A stretch of DNA of 64,000 nucleotides from Pseudomonadota bacterium (GTDB lineage Bacteria > Pseudomonadota > Alphaproteobacteria > Caulobacterales > Hyphomonadaceae). Below are positions 49,904-59,001 of this stretch, in pieces; position 1 is the first letter of the stretch; the number at the start of each line of letters is the position of its first letter. The notes under the pieces were generated by a model. That model was not told the origin of the DNA. It saw nothing but the letters and a program-made list of their open reading frames with translations, and ran no database searches. The translations under genes were made by a program, and so were the position numbers. The DNA is taken from contig JBCBGZ010000009.1 of assembly GCA_038526245.1 (NCBI GenBank), positions 1,874-65,873 on the forward strand, written 5' to 3'.

Positions 49904-50407
49904 TTAATTCAGCAACCCGAACGGGGCGGTAAGAAGCGGGGAGTGAATGGCGGCCAAAAGGGCGCCGCCAGCAATCGCGACGCCGTAGGGCACACCTTCA
50001 CCGCGCGAAAGCGTATTGGTTACCCAGGACGGAGTTGTTTGCGGCAAGGGCGCATAGCGCGCTGCCAAACCCACCAGGGCGATGCCGCCGCCGATGAACG
50101 CTGTCCAAACCAGGAAGGGTACAATCGCCACCGGCCCCATCCATAGGGCAACGGCTGGGATCATCTTGGCGTCGCCGCCGCCGAAAACACCAAACGAAAA
50201 CAGGGCGAAGGAAATGGCAAATGCGATCAGCCCGATCAGAAGGTGCCAGCCCATATCCACCAGCGGTAACCCTGAAACGGCGAGCGCTGAAATGCCGAGG
50301 CCGGCGATGGATGCATTCACCCAATTGGGAATTTTCAACGTGGCCACATCATGCAGGGCGGCGAAAATGCAAAGGGAGAGGCAAGCCAGCGCGGCGAACG
50401 TCAACAT
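49904..50407 (-). CDS. cpaA: prepilin peptidase CpaA (A24 family)
   Basis: 167 aa, 5 TM. FAALHDVATLKIPN and FGGGDAKM (the two catalytic Asp motifs). Confidence 0.9.
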   Translation of the reverse strand: MLTFAALACLSLCIFAALHDVATLKIPNWVNASIAGLGISALAVSGLPLVDMGWHLLIGLIAFAISFALFSFGVFGGGDAKMIPAVALWMGPVAIVPFLVWTAFIGGGIALVGLAARYAPLPQTTPSWVTNTLSRGEGVPYGVAIAGGALLAAIHSPLLTAPFGLLN

Positions 50408-50496
50408 GTGGAAACACCTTTAAACTTTGCGCGAAGAATTGACCGCAAAGCTTGAAGGAACCCTTACCAATCAGATCATTATGACAGTCGCGCACA

Positions 50497-50528
50497 GAAA
50501 AACCCGCCAGCTCGAAGCTGGCGGGTTT
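50497..50528 (-). terminator. rho-independent terminator/attenuator between flp pilin and cpaA
   Basis: Perfect 12-bp stem AAACCCGCCAGC / GCTGGCGGGTTT with a 5-nt loop, followed by TTTTT on the minus strand. Confidence 0.8.
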
Positions 50529-50574
50529 CCCTTGCCTGCAGATGCAGGCGGATCTTCAAGAAGATCGCCTGGCC

Positions 50575-50736
50575 TTAGGCCATTTCGTTGGCGATGCTGT
50601 TGAAGGTGTTACCAGCGTTCGTGCCGAGCGAAGTAACAGCCGTGATGATTGCAACAGCGATCAGTGCTGCGATCAGGCCGTATTCGATGGCGGTTGCGCC
50701 GGACTCATCTTTGAAGAAGCGAGCAAGCTTTTGCAT
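50575..50736 (-). CDS. flp: Flp family type IVb pilin (53 aa), not in the ORF track
   Basis: Hand translation gives MQKLARFFKDESGATAIEYGLIAALIAVAIITAVTSLGTNAGNTFNSIANEMA*. It carries the Flp motif G/ATAIEYGLI and a GGGAG SD. Confidence 0.9.
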   Translation of the reverse strand: MQKLARFFKDESGATAIEYGLIAALIAVAIITAVTSLGTNAGNTFNSIANEMA

Positions 50737-51048
50737 AGGAGACTCCCATCATGCGTTTGGTTTCAAACGTCCCGAGTTATCGGGTTTGTTTCCCGGAACA
50801 GTGCTGGTTGTAGACCATCGCGATGAAGACCAAGTAAAATGGAAAAGGAAATTCCTGAACGAAAACATAGATTTCGTTTACACTGGATTTTCGGCTCCAG
50901 CCCATCGGCCACGGCGCATGATCCCGCGTCTATATATATAGCGTTGTGCACCGATAGATCGAATTTGCTTCAAAACTGAACCAGCCGAATAGGGAAGCTG
51001 AAAACGAGATTTGCTAGGCCCGACCCAACATCTGGTGTGGAGCCATCC
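50737..51048. promoter_or_regulatory. AT-rich divergent control region between flp and tadE-like genes
   Basis: 312 bp, visibly AT-rich for this genome. It contains the perfect palindrome CTATATATATAG (50930-50941), the inverted repeat AACGAAA/TTTCGTT (50858-50878) and CGTTTG/CAAACG (50753-50768). Confidence 0.45.
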
Positions 51049-51621
51049 ATGAAATCTCTTCTCCAACGCGTGCGTGCCCGGGCCGCCCAGCGTCGCTCAC
51101 TGCGAGACCTTGGCAAAGACAATAGCGGTCTTTCGGCTGTGGAGTTCGCCTTCGTCGCCGGACCCTTCTTCATGTTGCTCGTCGGCATATTCGAAATCTG
51201 CCTGATCTTTCTCGTATCGACGATCCTGGAGTATGGCGCCCGAGAGGCTGCGCGCGACATTCGCACCGGGACGCTGCAGGCCTCCACGGCGGTGGTCGCA
51301 GATCAGAAGACCGCTTTCGAAACCGAGATCTGCAATCGGATGCTGAACCTGTTTGGCTGCAGCACCTCGCTTTCGATTGATGTACGAACGTCCAGCACTG
51401 GCTTCCCATCCGTGCAGGACGTCATCCCCCGCAACTCAGACGACTCCCTCGATACATCCGGCTTCGGGTTCGACGCGGGTGGGCGCGACGATATCGTGAT
51501 CGTCAACGTCTACTATGAATGGGGCCTCATCACGCCGGTGATTTCGCGCTCGATGGCCAACCTGCCGGACGGCAAGCGTCTTCTCATTTCCACACAGGCA
51601 TTCCGCAATGAACCTTTCTAG
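51049..51621 (+). CDS. TadE-like pilus assembly protein
   Basis: GLSAVEFAFVAGPFFMLLVGIFEICLIFLV (TadE N-terminal motif). ATG 51049 has GGAG upstream. Confidence 0.8.
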   Translation: MKSLLQRVRARAAQRRSLRDLGKDNSGLSAVEFAFVAGPFFMLLVGIFEICLIFLVSTILEYGAREAARDIRTGTLQASTAVVADQKTAFETEICNRMLNLFGCSTSLSIDVRTSSTGFPSVQDVIPRNSDDSLDTSGFGFDAGGRDDIVIVNVYYEWGLITPVISRSMANLPDGKRLLISTQAFRNEPF

Positions 51622-52183
51622 TCTGTCCCCCCGCCGCATGCTCGGCCGTCTGAGCCGGGACAAAAAGGGCGTTTCTGCCGTCGAGTTTGCACTCATCGCG
51701 CCGGTTTTGGTTTGCTTCTATTTCGGCTGTATCGAAATCTCGACCATGCTGATCACCGACCGGAAGGTGACGTCTACGGCCGCATCTGTGGGCGATCTGG
51801 TCGCCAGGCTGCCCTCGATCGACACAACGGAAATGAACAATGTGTTCAACTCCACGGTCATCAACATGGCGCCCAACGATTTCACCGACACCCGTATCCG
51901 AGTCACCTCAATTCAGTACGCATCTGATGGTGTGACCCCGGTCGTCGGGTGGAGCCGGTCGACCTCCAATTGGACGGCCCACGCCAACGGGAACATCATG
52001 ACCGTGCCAACGGGCATCATTCCGACAGGTGGCTCGGTTGTCCTGACCGAGGTGGAGTTCGACTATTCCTCGATCACGGGCCTCTACGACCCGAACACCG
52101 GTTTCCTGTTCGACGTCTCACGGACCATGACCGACAGTTATTATGCGCGCCCACGCCGGGTCGACATTATACCATTCACCTAG
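51608..52183 (+). CDS. TadE/TadF-like pilus assembly protein
   Basis: KKGVSAVEFALIAPVLVCFYFGCIEISTML. Overlaps the previous gene by 14 nt. Confidence 0.8.
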   Translation: MNLSSLSPRRMLGRLSRDKKGVSAVEFALIAPVLVCFYFGCIEISTMLITDRKVTSTAASVGDLVARLPSIDTTEMNNVFNSTVINMAPNDFTDTRIRVTSIQYASDGVTPVVGWSRSTSNWTAHANGNIMTVPTGIIPTGGSVVLTEVEFDYSSITGLYDPNTGFLFDVSRTMTDSYYARPRRVDIIPFT

Positions 52184-52964
52184 ACTGAGCCGCCATTGCG
52201 ACCCCGCCCATGGCCTGGACGTTCTCTGCGGAGTTGATGCTGATCCGCCCATTGCGGTGCCAGCCGCGCACCTCAACGCGCAGTCCCGGCTCCAGATCGC
52301 AAACTGCCATGGCGGGTCGCTCCACCACGAGTGTGAGGCGGCTTCCGAGCAAGTCCCGTGCGCAGGATGTGTCATCGAAGGGGGGCGCATCCCGCGGTCC
52401 GAGGATACCAAACAGTACAGTGAAACCGCTCGCATCCGGGTCGGCATCTCTCGCATCGCCTACGCGGTAGGCCGAAAGGGCCCAGAGCCCCGTGCCCGCC
52501 GTGCGCGCGTCTTGCTCGGCCTGAAACAATGGGGCACTGCCGCGCGCCGTATCCGGATAGGTGCGAACCCTGACAGCGCCGCGCGAGACCAATTCCTGAT
52601 TTACCCAATATCGCGGTCCAAGGCGGTCTGTGGTGGCGACGTGGGCAAGGGCGCGGTCATATCGGTCACGGGTCAGTCCCGCATAGTGGAGTTGGACCTG
52701 GCGACCCAGGACAAGGTCCTCAAGCATCCTCTGAGAGTCTTGGGCGAAGGGTTGATCGGCGCGACCATCGCGCCCGAACGCCGGCGCTTCAATGCCGACC
52801 AGTCGCACCGATTGGCCCGTGTCCAGGACAAGGGCGTCTCCGTCGATCACGCGCACGACACGGCCTGTCTCTCCTTCCTGGAAGTCCTCTAGCCCCGTCG
52901 ATCGCGCGCAAGCAGCCAGAAGCGCGCCAAACACCATTAGCCGGATGACCACCCAGAATTTCAA
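52176..52964 (-). CDS. thermonuclease (SNase-like) family lipoprotein
   Basis: VRVIDGDALVLDTGQSVRLVGIEAP...RDRYDRALAHV...VNQELVSRGAVRV...AEQDARTAGTGLW. TTG 52964 (GGGAGA 6 nt upstream) gives the signal/lipobox MKFWVVIRLMVFGALLAAC. The ORF-track start at 53315 would run across the tRNA gene. Confidence 0.7.
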   Translation of the reverse strand: MKFWVVIRLMVFGALLAACARSTGLEDFQEGETGRVVRVIDGDALVLDTGQSVRLVGIEAPAFGRDGRADQPFAQDSQRMLEDLVLGRQVQLHYAGLTRDRYDRALAHVATTDRLGPRYWVNQELVSRGAVRVRTYPDTARGSAPLFQAEQDARTAGTGLWALSAYRVGDARDADPDASGFTVLFGILGPRDAPPFDDTSCARDLLGSRLTLVVERPAMAVCDLEPGLRVEVRGWHRNGRISINSAENVQAMGGVAMAAQSR

Positions 52965-53068
52965 ACCGCGTCTCCCACCCAACCGGCATAGGCGAGACAC
53001 GAGCCCAAAGCCATGGCTTAAGGACGGTTTTCGCACACTCGAAATGGCGCTAAAGGCTGTCCTGCGCC

Positions 53069-53145
53069 GTCTCCGTAGCTCAGCTGCATAGAGCAACCGC
53101 CTCCTAAGCGGTAGGTCGCAGGTTGGAATCCTGCCGGGGACGCCA
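53069..53145 (+). tRNA. tRNA-Arg (anticodon CCT)
   Basis: Hand fold: acceptor GTCTCCG/CGGGGAC, D-arm GCTC-AGCTGCATA-GAGC, anticodon arm ACCGC-CTCCTAA-GCGGT, T-arm GCAGG-TTGGAAT-CCTGC, discriminator G, encoded CCA. 77 nt. Confidence 0.9.
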
Positions 53146-53244
53146 CGCTGGGTGTACGAAAAAAATTCACTTGATAGGCGAGCGATGGAACGGTCAATTG
53201 AAGCTTGGCGGGGGCCACTTATGACGGTCATAAGGAACACAGCC

Positions 53245-53856
53245 ATGCGGGGACTTAGCTCAACAGCCATGTCGGCATTTGCCGTCATCCTCTCCACGTT
53301 TACGACATACCTCACCTTCTTTGACGCGCGCTACACAGTCTCCGCGGCTGTGGCCAAGGTCAGCGTTCAGGTGCAATCGGGCGGCGGCAGCATTAACGGC
53401 GTCCAGAACGTCGCCTATCGTTACTTTCCAACGGCAACGGTCATCCTGTCCAACCGGGGAACCCGGCCAGTCGTGGTCTCAGAAATCGATATCGTCCGCT
53501 CATCGTCGCTGGAAAGCTGCGAACCGGCTGAAGCTGAGGTCTTTGTGACTGAGATTTCGCCCATCATCGTTGAGCCGGGCACGGTCACGAGTCTGGACCT
53601 CGAAATTCAGCTTCCGAGGATTGCCGCAGAAGGCCCGGTCGACACCCCTCTGCAAGTCGACGATGAAACAGCGCTTTGGTGCGCAGCCTGGGTAGCGTTT
53701 GACCCGCAAGGGTATCGCCGCGAGCCGATGACACCGTTTTTTACACTGACCCGGCGCTTTGACCCTGCCGGCCCCGGAGATCGCTATCCCTCACCTCGCC
53801 TTGAGCTGGATTATCCACGACAACCCGAAACGATCGTCTCAAAGGGATTATTCTAG
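53245..53856 (+). CDS. hypothetical single-TM protein (orphan)
   Basis: Coding-like third-position GC. TM AMSAFAVILSTFTTYLTFF. I recognise no family. The start is uncertain (ATG 53185, 53221, 53245 or 53269); 53245 has AAGGAA upstream. Confidence 0.45.
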   Translation: MRGLSSTAMSAFAVILSTFTTYLTFFDARYTVSAAVAKVSVQVQSGGGSINGVQNVAYRYFPTATVILSNRGTRPVVVSEIDIVRSSSLESCEPAEAEVFVTEISPIIVEPGTVTSLDLEIQLPRIAAEGPVDTPLQVDDETALWCAAWVAFDPQGYRREPMTPFFTLTRRFDPAGPGDRYPSPRLELDYPRQPETIVSKGLF

Positions 53857-55304
53857 CTCGTTACATCCAACTGGATGGAAAAGAACACCTTGTAGCCGCG
53901 CCGTCCACCACGCCAGACCTGCAACAGCAGCGGCGTTTCAGGTTGGGCGACGGCGTCTTCCATCTCTTCCAGCGCGTCGGAAACGGTGGATACGGGATCA
54001 AAGCCCATCTCGAGAATCACATCGCCTTTTTCGAGTTTGCCAAAGCTGGCGCCTCGCGGGCTGACAGCATTGACGACGACGCCATTGATGTCGCTCGGCA
54101 CGCCATAGCGACGCCGTGTGTCGTCATCGAGTGGGGCAAATTCAACGCCGAGCGCATTGTCTGTGACGGCGAGTTCCGGAAGCGCTTCCGGCGTCTCGGC
54201 CTCGCGGCCGGAGTCAAGCTCTCCTAGGGTGACGTCCACTGTGCGGGCCCGGCGGTCGCGCACGATCTCAAGACTTGCGGTCGTCTCCACGCCCGCATCA
54301 GCCACGATACGTGTCAGCGCGCGAACATCGGAGACGGTCTCGCCATTGAACGTGCGAATGAGGTCGCCGACCTGAAGACCCGCTTCGGCAGCGGGGCCCT
54401 CCTCATCCAGGCGGATGACGATAACACCTTCATCGCCGTCTATGCCGTAGGCGCGCGCGATATCAGCGTCGATGCCCTGAACGGACACGCCCAGCCAACC
54501 CCGGCGCAGTTCGCCGAACTCGATCAACTGGCCAGATATCCGTTTCACCATGTTTGCAGGGATTGCAAATCCGATCCCGACCGACCCGCCCGTCGGAGAG
54601 ATGATCGCGGTGTTCACCCCGACCACTTCACCAGCAAGGTTGAATAGAGGACCGCCGGAATTGCCCCGGTTAATGGCGGCGTCGGTCTGGATGAAATCGT
54701 CATAGCGCCCGCCCGTGTCGCGGTTCTGGGCCGAAATGATGCCCGCGGACACAGAACCTCCGAAGCCAAACGGGTTACCTATGGCCATCACCCAGTCCCC
54801 GACTTCCGCCGCATCGCTGTCGGCCAGGTCGACGAATGGCATGCTTTCAGCGGTCTGTAGCTTCAAGACTGCGACATCTGTTTCCGGATCGGTTCCGACC
54901 AGTTCAGCGCGAATTTCGCGGCCATCGGAGAAAACACAGGTGATTTCGTCCGCATTCTCGATGACATGATTGTTGGTGATCACCAGGCCATCGGCGGAAA
55001 TGACAAACCCTGATCCAAGGGAGCCTTCCTGGCGAAAGCCATCCTCATCGCGTCCGAAGAACTCGTTAAAACGCTCCAGCGGAGAGCCCTCTTCGAACTC
55101 AGGCAGGCCCGCAGGCGCCACGGTTTGTGTCGTGGTGATGTTCACCACAGCGGGCATGAGCCGTTTGGCGAGTTCAGAGAAGCTTTCCGGCGCATCGGAC
55201 ATGTCCACCGCGTCAGCGGCGTTGCTCAGGGATTGGGCCAGGCCCGACATCGGAACAGCGGCAACACACGCCGCCAGGCAGGCGATCTTGGCAAAACGCA
55301 CCAT
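53853..55304 (-). CDS. degP: periplasmic serine endoprotease DegP/HtrA (Do family, two PDZ)
   Basis: TNNHVI (His), DVAVLK (Asp), GNSGGPLF (Ser), two PDZ regions. The signal peptide starts at ATG 55304. Confidence 0.95.
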   Translation of the reverse strand: MVRFAKIACLAACVAAVPMSGLAQSLSNAADAVDMSDAPESFSELAKRLMPAVVNITTTQTVAPAGLPEFEEGSPLERFNEFFGRDEDGFRQEGSLGSGFVISADGLVITNNHVIENADEITCVFSDGREIRAELVGTDPETDVAVLKLQTAESMPFVDLADSDAAEVGDWVMAIGNPFGFGGSVSAGIISAQNRDTGGRYDDFIQTDAAINRGNSGGPLFNLAGEVVGVNTAIISPTGGSVGIGFAIPANMVKRISGQLIEFGELRRGWLGVSVQGIDADIARAYGIDGDEGVIVIRLDEEGPAAEAGLQVGDLIRTFNGETVSDVRALTRIVADAGVETTASLEIVRDRRARTVDVTLGELDSGREAETPEALPELAVTDNALGVEFAPLDDDTRRRYGVPSDINGVVVNAVSPRGASFGKLEKGDVILEMGFDPVSTVSDALEEMEDAVAQPETPLLLQVWRGGRRGYKVFFSIQLDVTS

Positions 55305-55386
55305 GGGCTCAGATCTTCCTTTCACCGATCAAATCGAGATCCATTACGCTCAAAACTATGGCGCTTCTGGGTCAGGGGGCAATGGC

Positions 55387-55599
55387 TCACAGCAGGCGCA
55401 GGGCGCCATAGAGGAGTATTGCGCCCAAAACGGCCGTCCATACTCCAGATGACCGAATATCAGCCACACCCAGCCGAGATGCCCACGCCAGAAAGCGTTT
55501 CATCGCATCGGGAGCCAGGGCATAGGCCAGGCCCTCGATCAGGAACCAGAGGCCGAACGCCGCCAGAAAGAGTGGCCAACCCGGTGCATCGGCGAGCAT
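55387..55599 (-). CDS. DUF2065 small membrane protein
   Basis: 70 aa, LFLAAFGLWFLIEGLAYALAPDAMKRFL. It has the typical position between hflC and degP in Alphaproteobacteria. Confidence 0.75.
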   Translation of the reverse strand: MLADAPGWPLFLAAFGLWFLIEGLAYALAPDAMKRFLAWASRLGVADIRSSGVWTAVLGAILLYGALRLL

Positions 55600-55668
55600 G
55601 GCGCATCTCCTATCTCGCGGGTAACACCCCCGAACCCAGTCCGGGGGTGCTCTTTGTAAACCGAACGC

Positions 55669-56559
55669 CTAGCGGCCTGTGCGCTCTGCTTCGGTCGAGA
55701 AAATATCGCATACGCCGAGATTGTTCGGGTCCACGATCAGTTTCGTTCCGGCCTGGATAGAGCGCTCGCACGCAATCAGGGACCGATAGAACCGGAAGAA
55801 CTCCGGGTCCTGATTATAGGCCTGGGCGTAGGTCTCGTTGCGTCGGGCATCACCTTCACCGCGGATAATCTCAGCCTGCTCGCGGGCCTGGGCGACGATC
55901 ACGGTCGCCTCACGCGCACCGGTGGCGCGAATGAGGCGGGCGCGTTCTTCACCTTCGGCCCGGATACGCTCAGCTTCCTGGAGACGGTCCGTCCGCATCC
56001 GCTCATAAACACCTTCGGCAATTTCGGCCGGCAAGTCAGCCTGGCGGATCCGTACGTCGATGATGTCGATGCCGGTTCCCTCGAGGTTCTCGTTCACAGC
56101 GTCCCGGATACGGTTCATCAGAACCACACGCTGGCCGGACACAATCTCCGGCACGGGCACGTTACCGAGCGCTTCACGGATCGAGGATTCGGTGAAGCGG
56201 TTCAGCTGCGCCGCGGCAGCGGTTTCCGTACGAAGGCGCTGGTAAAACAAGAGCGGGTCTTTGATCCGCCAGCGCACAAAGGCGTCCACGGTCAGGCGCC
56301 GCTGGTCGGAGGCAAGCACTTCGATGTTGGGAATATCGAGACCGATATTCTTCCGGTCCAGCAGCGTGACCTGCTGCAGAAGCGGCATCTTGAAGTAGAG
56401 GCCCGCTTCGTCTGTGCCGGGCTCGTTGCGCACGTCAACAAGGTCACCGAACTGCAGGACAACGGCCTGCTGGTCCTGGCGCACTGTGTAGAAGGAGTTT
56501 GCGGCAATAACCGCGCCGATCACGACGAGGAATGCGAGAATGATTGTAAAGGCTCTCAT
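55669..56559 (-). CDS. hflC: protease modulator HflC
   Basis: SPFH/band-7 domain, N-terminal TM, and position after hflK. Confidence 0.9.
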   Translation of the reverse strand: MRAFTIILAFLVVIGAVIAANSFYTVRQDQQAVVLQFGDLVDVRNEPGTDEAGLYFKMPLLQQVTLLDRKNIGLDIPNIEVLASDQRRLTVDAFVRWRIKDPLLFYQRLRTETAAAAQLNRFTESSIREALGNVPVPEIVSGQRVVLMNRIRDAVNENLEGTGIDIIDVRIRQADLPAEIAEGVYERMRTDRLQEAERIRAEGEERARLIRATGAREATVIVAQAREQAEIIRGEGDARRNETYAQAYNQDPEFFRFYRSLIACERSIQAGTKLIVDPNNLGVCDIFSTEAERTGR

Positions 56560-56571
56560 TGTAATATGCTC

Positions 56572-57711
56572 CTAGCGACCGCCGCCAGATTGCGGGGCAA
56601 GCGGCAGATACGGCACAGCGCCGCTGTCGGAGTCCAGAATGGTCTTCTCAGCACCGCCGAGGACCTTTTCCATGGTCTCCAGATACATTCGCTCACGCGT
56701 GACCTGCGGGGCCTGACGGTACTCATCATAGATTGAAAGGAACCGGGCCGCTTCACCCGACGCGTCGGCGATCACCTGCTCACGGTAGCCTTCAGCCTCC
56801 TGGATCAGGCGTGATGCTTCACCACGCGCCCGCGGAACCACCTGGTTTGCATCACGGGTCGCTTCATTGACGTTTCGCTCAGCATCCTGCTGGGCGAGGT
56901 TCACGTCGTTGAAAGCCTCAATGACGCGCTCGGGAACGTCGGACTTGGCCAATTGAACATCGATGATTTCGATGCCGGCATTGTATTCGTCCAGCAGGGC
57001 CTGAATCTGCGTCTCCACGTCGTTTTCGACACGATCACGCTCTGTCGTGATCACGTCCTGGCGAGTCGACTTGCCAACCACTTCGCGCATCACTGATTCT
57101 GCAACCATTTCGACCGCCATTGCGGGCTCTTTGACGTTCAGAATGTAATCCTCGGGCGCATCGGTTTTCACTTTCCAGAACACGGAGAACTGGATGTCGA
57201 CGATGTTTTCGTCCTCGGTGATCATCAGGCTCTCATCGAGGCTCTGGCCGATGGAGCTTTGGCGCTGCTCTTCGACATTCACCAGTTCATGGGTCTCGAT
57301 GGGTGTTGGCAAGTGCACGTGGATGCCAGGAGCCAGATTGGTCTGCCAATTGCCGAAGCGGAAAACCGAGGCCTGTTGGCCCGCATCGACCACGACCACA
57401 CCTGTCGAGAGCCAAGCAATCAAGGCAACGATTGCGATCACAATGAATCCGAAGGGACCGAATCCACGACCGGCGCCGCCGCCATTGCCACGACCGCGTC
57501 CGCCTACACCGCGGCGAAACCGCTCCTGCATACGGCGCATCTGCTCTTCAATGTCGGGGCCGCCTCCTCCGCCGCCCTGGCCACCGCCACCACCGCCACC
57601 AGGACGGTTCCAGGGTGAGCCACCATTATTATTTCCGCCTGATCCACCGGACCCCCAAGGGCCTCCTGCAGCGTGGGGGCGATCCCCGCCGCTCTCATCC
57701 TTCCAGGGCAT
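56572..57711 (-). CDS. hflK: FtsH protease modulator HflK
   Basis: Gly-rich N-terminus, one TM and an SPFH domain (VVVDAGQQASVFRFG...). Confidence 0.9.
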   Translation of the reverse strand: MPWKDESGGDRPHAAGGPWGSGGSGGNNNGGSPWNRPGGGGGGGQGGGGGGPDIEEQMRRMQERFRRGVGGRGRGNGGGAGRGFGPFGFIVIAIVALIAWLSTGVVVVDAGQQASVFRFGNWQTNLAPGIHVHLPTPIETHELVNVEEQRQSSIGQSLDESLMITEDENIVDIQFSVFWKVKTDAPEDYILNVKEPAMAVEMVAESVMREVVGKSTRQDVITTERDRVENDVETQIQALLDEYNAGIEIIDVQLAKSDVPERVIEAFNDVNLAQQDAERNVNEATRDANQVVPRARGEASRLIQEAEGYREQVIADASGEAARFLSIYDEYRQAPQVTRERMYLETMEKVLGGAEKTILDSDSGAVPYLPLAPQSGGGR

Positions 57712-57810
57712 CTATGGCCATCTCCTTACAGAAACTTGTGTCTTGGGTTTTTCCCAACATCACCGATATGTGGTCCATCTGTTATCGTCTATCAAGAAGG
57801 CCTGCACCGC

Positions 57811-58998
57811 TTGTTCCGTCCAAAACCGAAATCGTCGCAGGGTCTTGAGGCCGATATACGCTCCGCGCTGGGCACGCCGGACTGGTTGCAAACCGTAACA
57901 GTGACACCTGAAGGGCGCGCCCTCCTGGTGATTGAAGCTGATCCCGATGACATGGAGCGCTTTGAATCCCTTCGGCTCGAGGCTGAGAGCACCGTGCGGA
58001 TGGTCAAGGGTATTCAGGATGTCGACGCCATCCTGACATCCGAGCGGAGCTCTGCTGGCGCCCCCCCGCCCACCGCGGCAAAAATCGATCTCACGCCCAG
58101 CCCTGCGCCGCGCAGGGTCCGCAAGGGTGCGCGCCTCTCTGATGAAGCGCTGCAACAGGGAAATGCTGGCCCGGCACCCAGCGCCGTGTCGCCTGTGCCG
58201 GGTGCGGCGCGCATTCTTGTGGTCGCCAGCGCCAAGGGCGGCGTTGGCAAGTCCACGGTTTCGGTCAATCTTGCGGCGGCACTTGCCAAAGTCGGCATGA
58301 AACTCGGTCTTCTGGACGCGGACATTTATGGCCCGTCTATCCCCACTATGCTGGGCACGGTGGACGCGCAGCCCGCCACGACCCCGGACGGCAAACTGGA
58401 CCCCGTCCTGGCCCATGGGCTGCAGACCCTGTCCATCGGGTATTTGTCAGACCCCGATGCCCCGATGATCTGGCGCGGCCCGATCGTCATGTCCGCCATA
58501 GACCAGATGTTGCGAGAAGCCGCCTGGGGTACGCCCGGCGATCCGCTTGACCTTTTGATCATCGACACACCACCTGGCACAGGCGACGCGCAACTGGCCC
58601 TGGCCCAGCGCGTGCCGGTCGACGCGGCACTGATTGTGACAACGCCCCAGGACGTTGCGCTTGCCGATGTCCGCCGGGGCGCTGCGATGTTTGCGAAGAC
58701 CCACGTTCCCGTGCTCGGCATTGTGGAAACAATGAGCTGGTTCGAGGACCCGACAGGTGCGCGCCATTATCTCATGGGCGAAGGCGGTGGCGCGCGTATG
58801 GCCGAGGCGCTGGGCCTGCCGCTGCTGGCGCAAATCCCAATGCTCCAGGCCATTCGCGAAGGCGGCGATGCGGGTACGCCGTCGGCTCTTGCGGACGAAA
58901 AGGCCGGTGCCCTGTTTCATGGTCTCGCCCGCGAAACCGCCCTGGCCCTGGATGCTCTAAAGACGAAGCCCGCGCCGGAAATCGTCTTCGAAGACTAG
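57811..58998 (+). CDS. mrp: Mrp/NBP35 family iron-sulfur cluster carrier ATPase
   Basis: VVASAKGGVGKSTVSVNLA (Walker A), DADIYGPS, IIDTPPGTGD. There is no in-frame ATG before the conserved core, so TTG 57811 is the most plausible start (low certainty). Confidence 0.8.
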   Translation: MFRPKPKSSQGLEADIRSALGTPDWLQTVTVTPEGRALLVIEADPDDMERFESLRLEAESTVRMVKGIQDVDAILTSERSSAGAPPPTAAKIDLTPSPAPRRVRKGARLSDEALQQGNAGPAPSAVSPVPGAARILVVASAKGGVGKSTVSVNLAAALAKVGMKLGLLDADIYGPSIPTMLGTVDAQPATTPDGKLDPVLAHGLQTLSIGYLSDPDAPMIWRGPIVMSAIDQMLREAAWGTPGDPLDLLIIDTPPGTGDAQLALAQRVPVDAALIVTTPQDVALADVRRGAAMFAKTHVPVLGIVETMSWFEDPTGARHYLMGEGGGARMAEALGLPLLAQIPMLQAIREGGDAGTPSALADEKAGALFHGLARETALALDALKTKPAPEIVFED

Positions 58999-59001
58999 GG
59001 C

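Noticed and set aside
49895-49907. TTAA-N5-TTAA next to the TTAACCAT motif, and a search for a full CtrA box upstream of flp
   Set aside because: The spacing is 5, not the required 7. No TTAA-N7-TTAA(C) was found in 50737-51048, so a full CtrA box is not claimed.
52965-53315. Upstream extension of the nuclease ORF (ORF-track start 53315), and ORF 53018..53218
   Set aside because: Both run through the tRNA-Arg gene (53069-53145). The TTG at 52964, with a good SD, yields a proper lipoprotein signal.
55625-55649. 8-bp hairpin CACCCCCG/CGGGGGTG between hflC and the DUF2065 gene
   Set aside because: It has no U-tract on either strand, and the genes look co-transcribed. It is probably an intercistronic stability element at most.
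57480-57680. Low-complexity GGC/GCC-rich DNA that looks repeat-like
   Set aside because: It encodes the Gly-rich N-terminal tail of HflK (GGGGGGGQGGGGGG), which is usual for this protein in Alphaproteobacteria. It is not a CRISPR array or tandem-repeat element.
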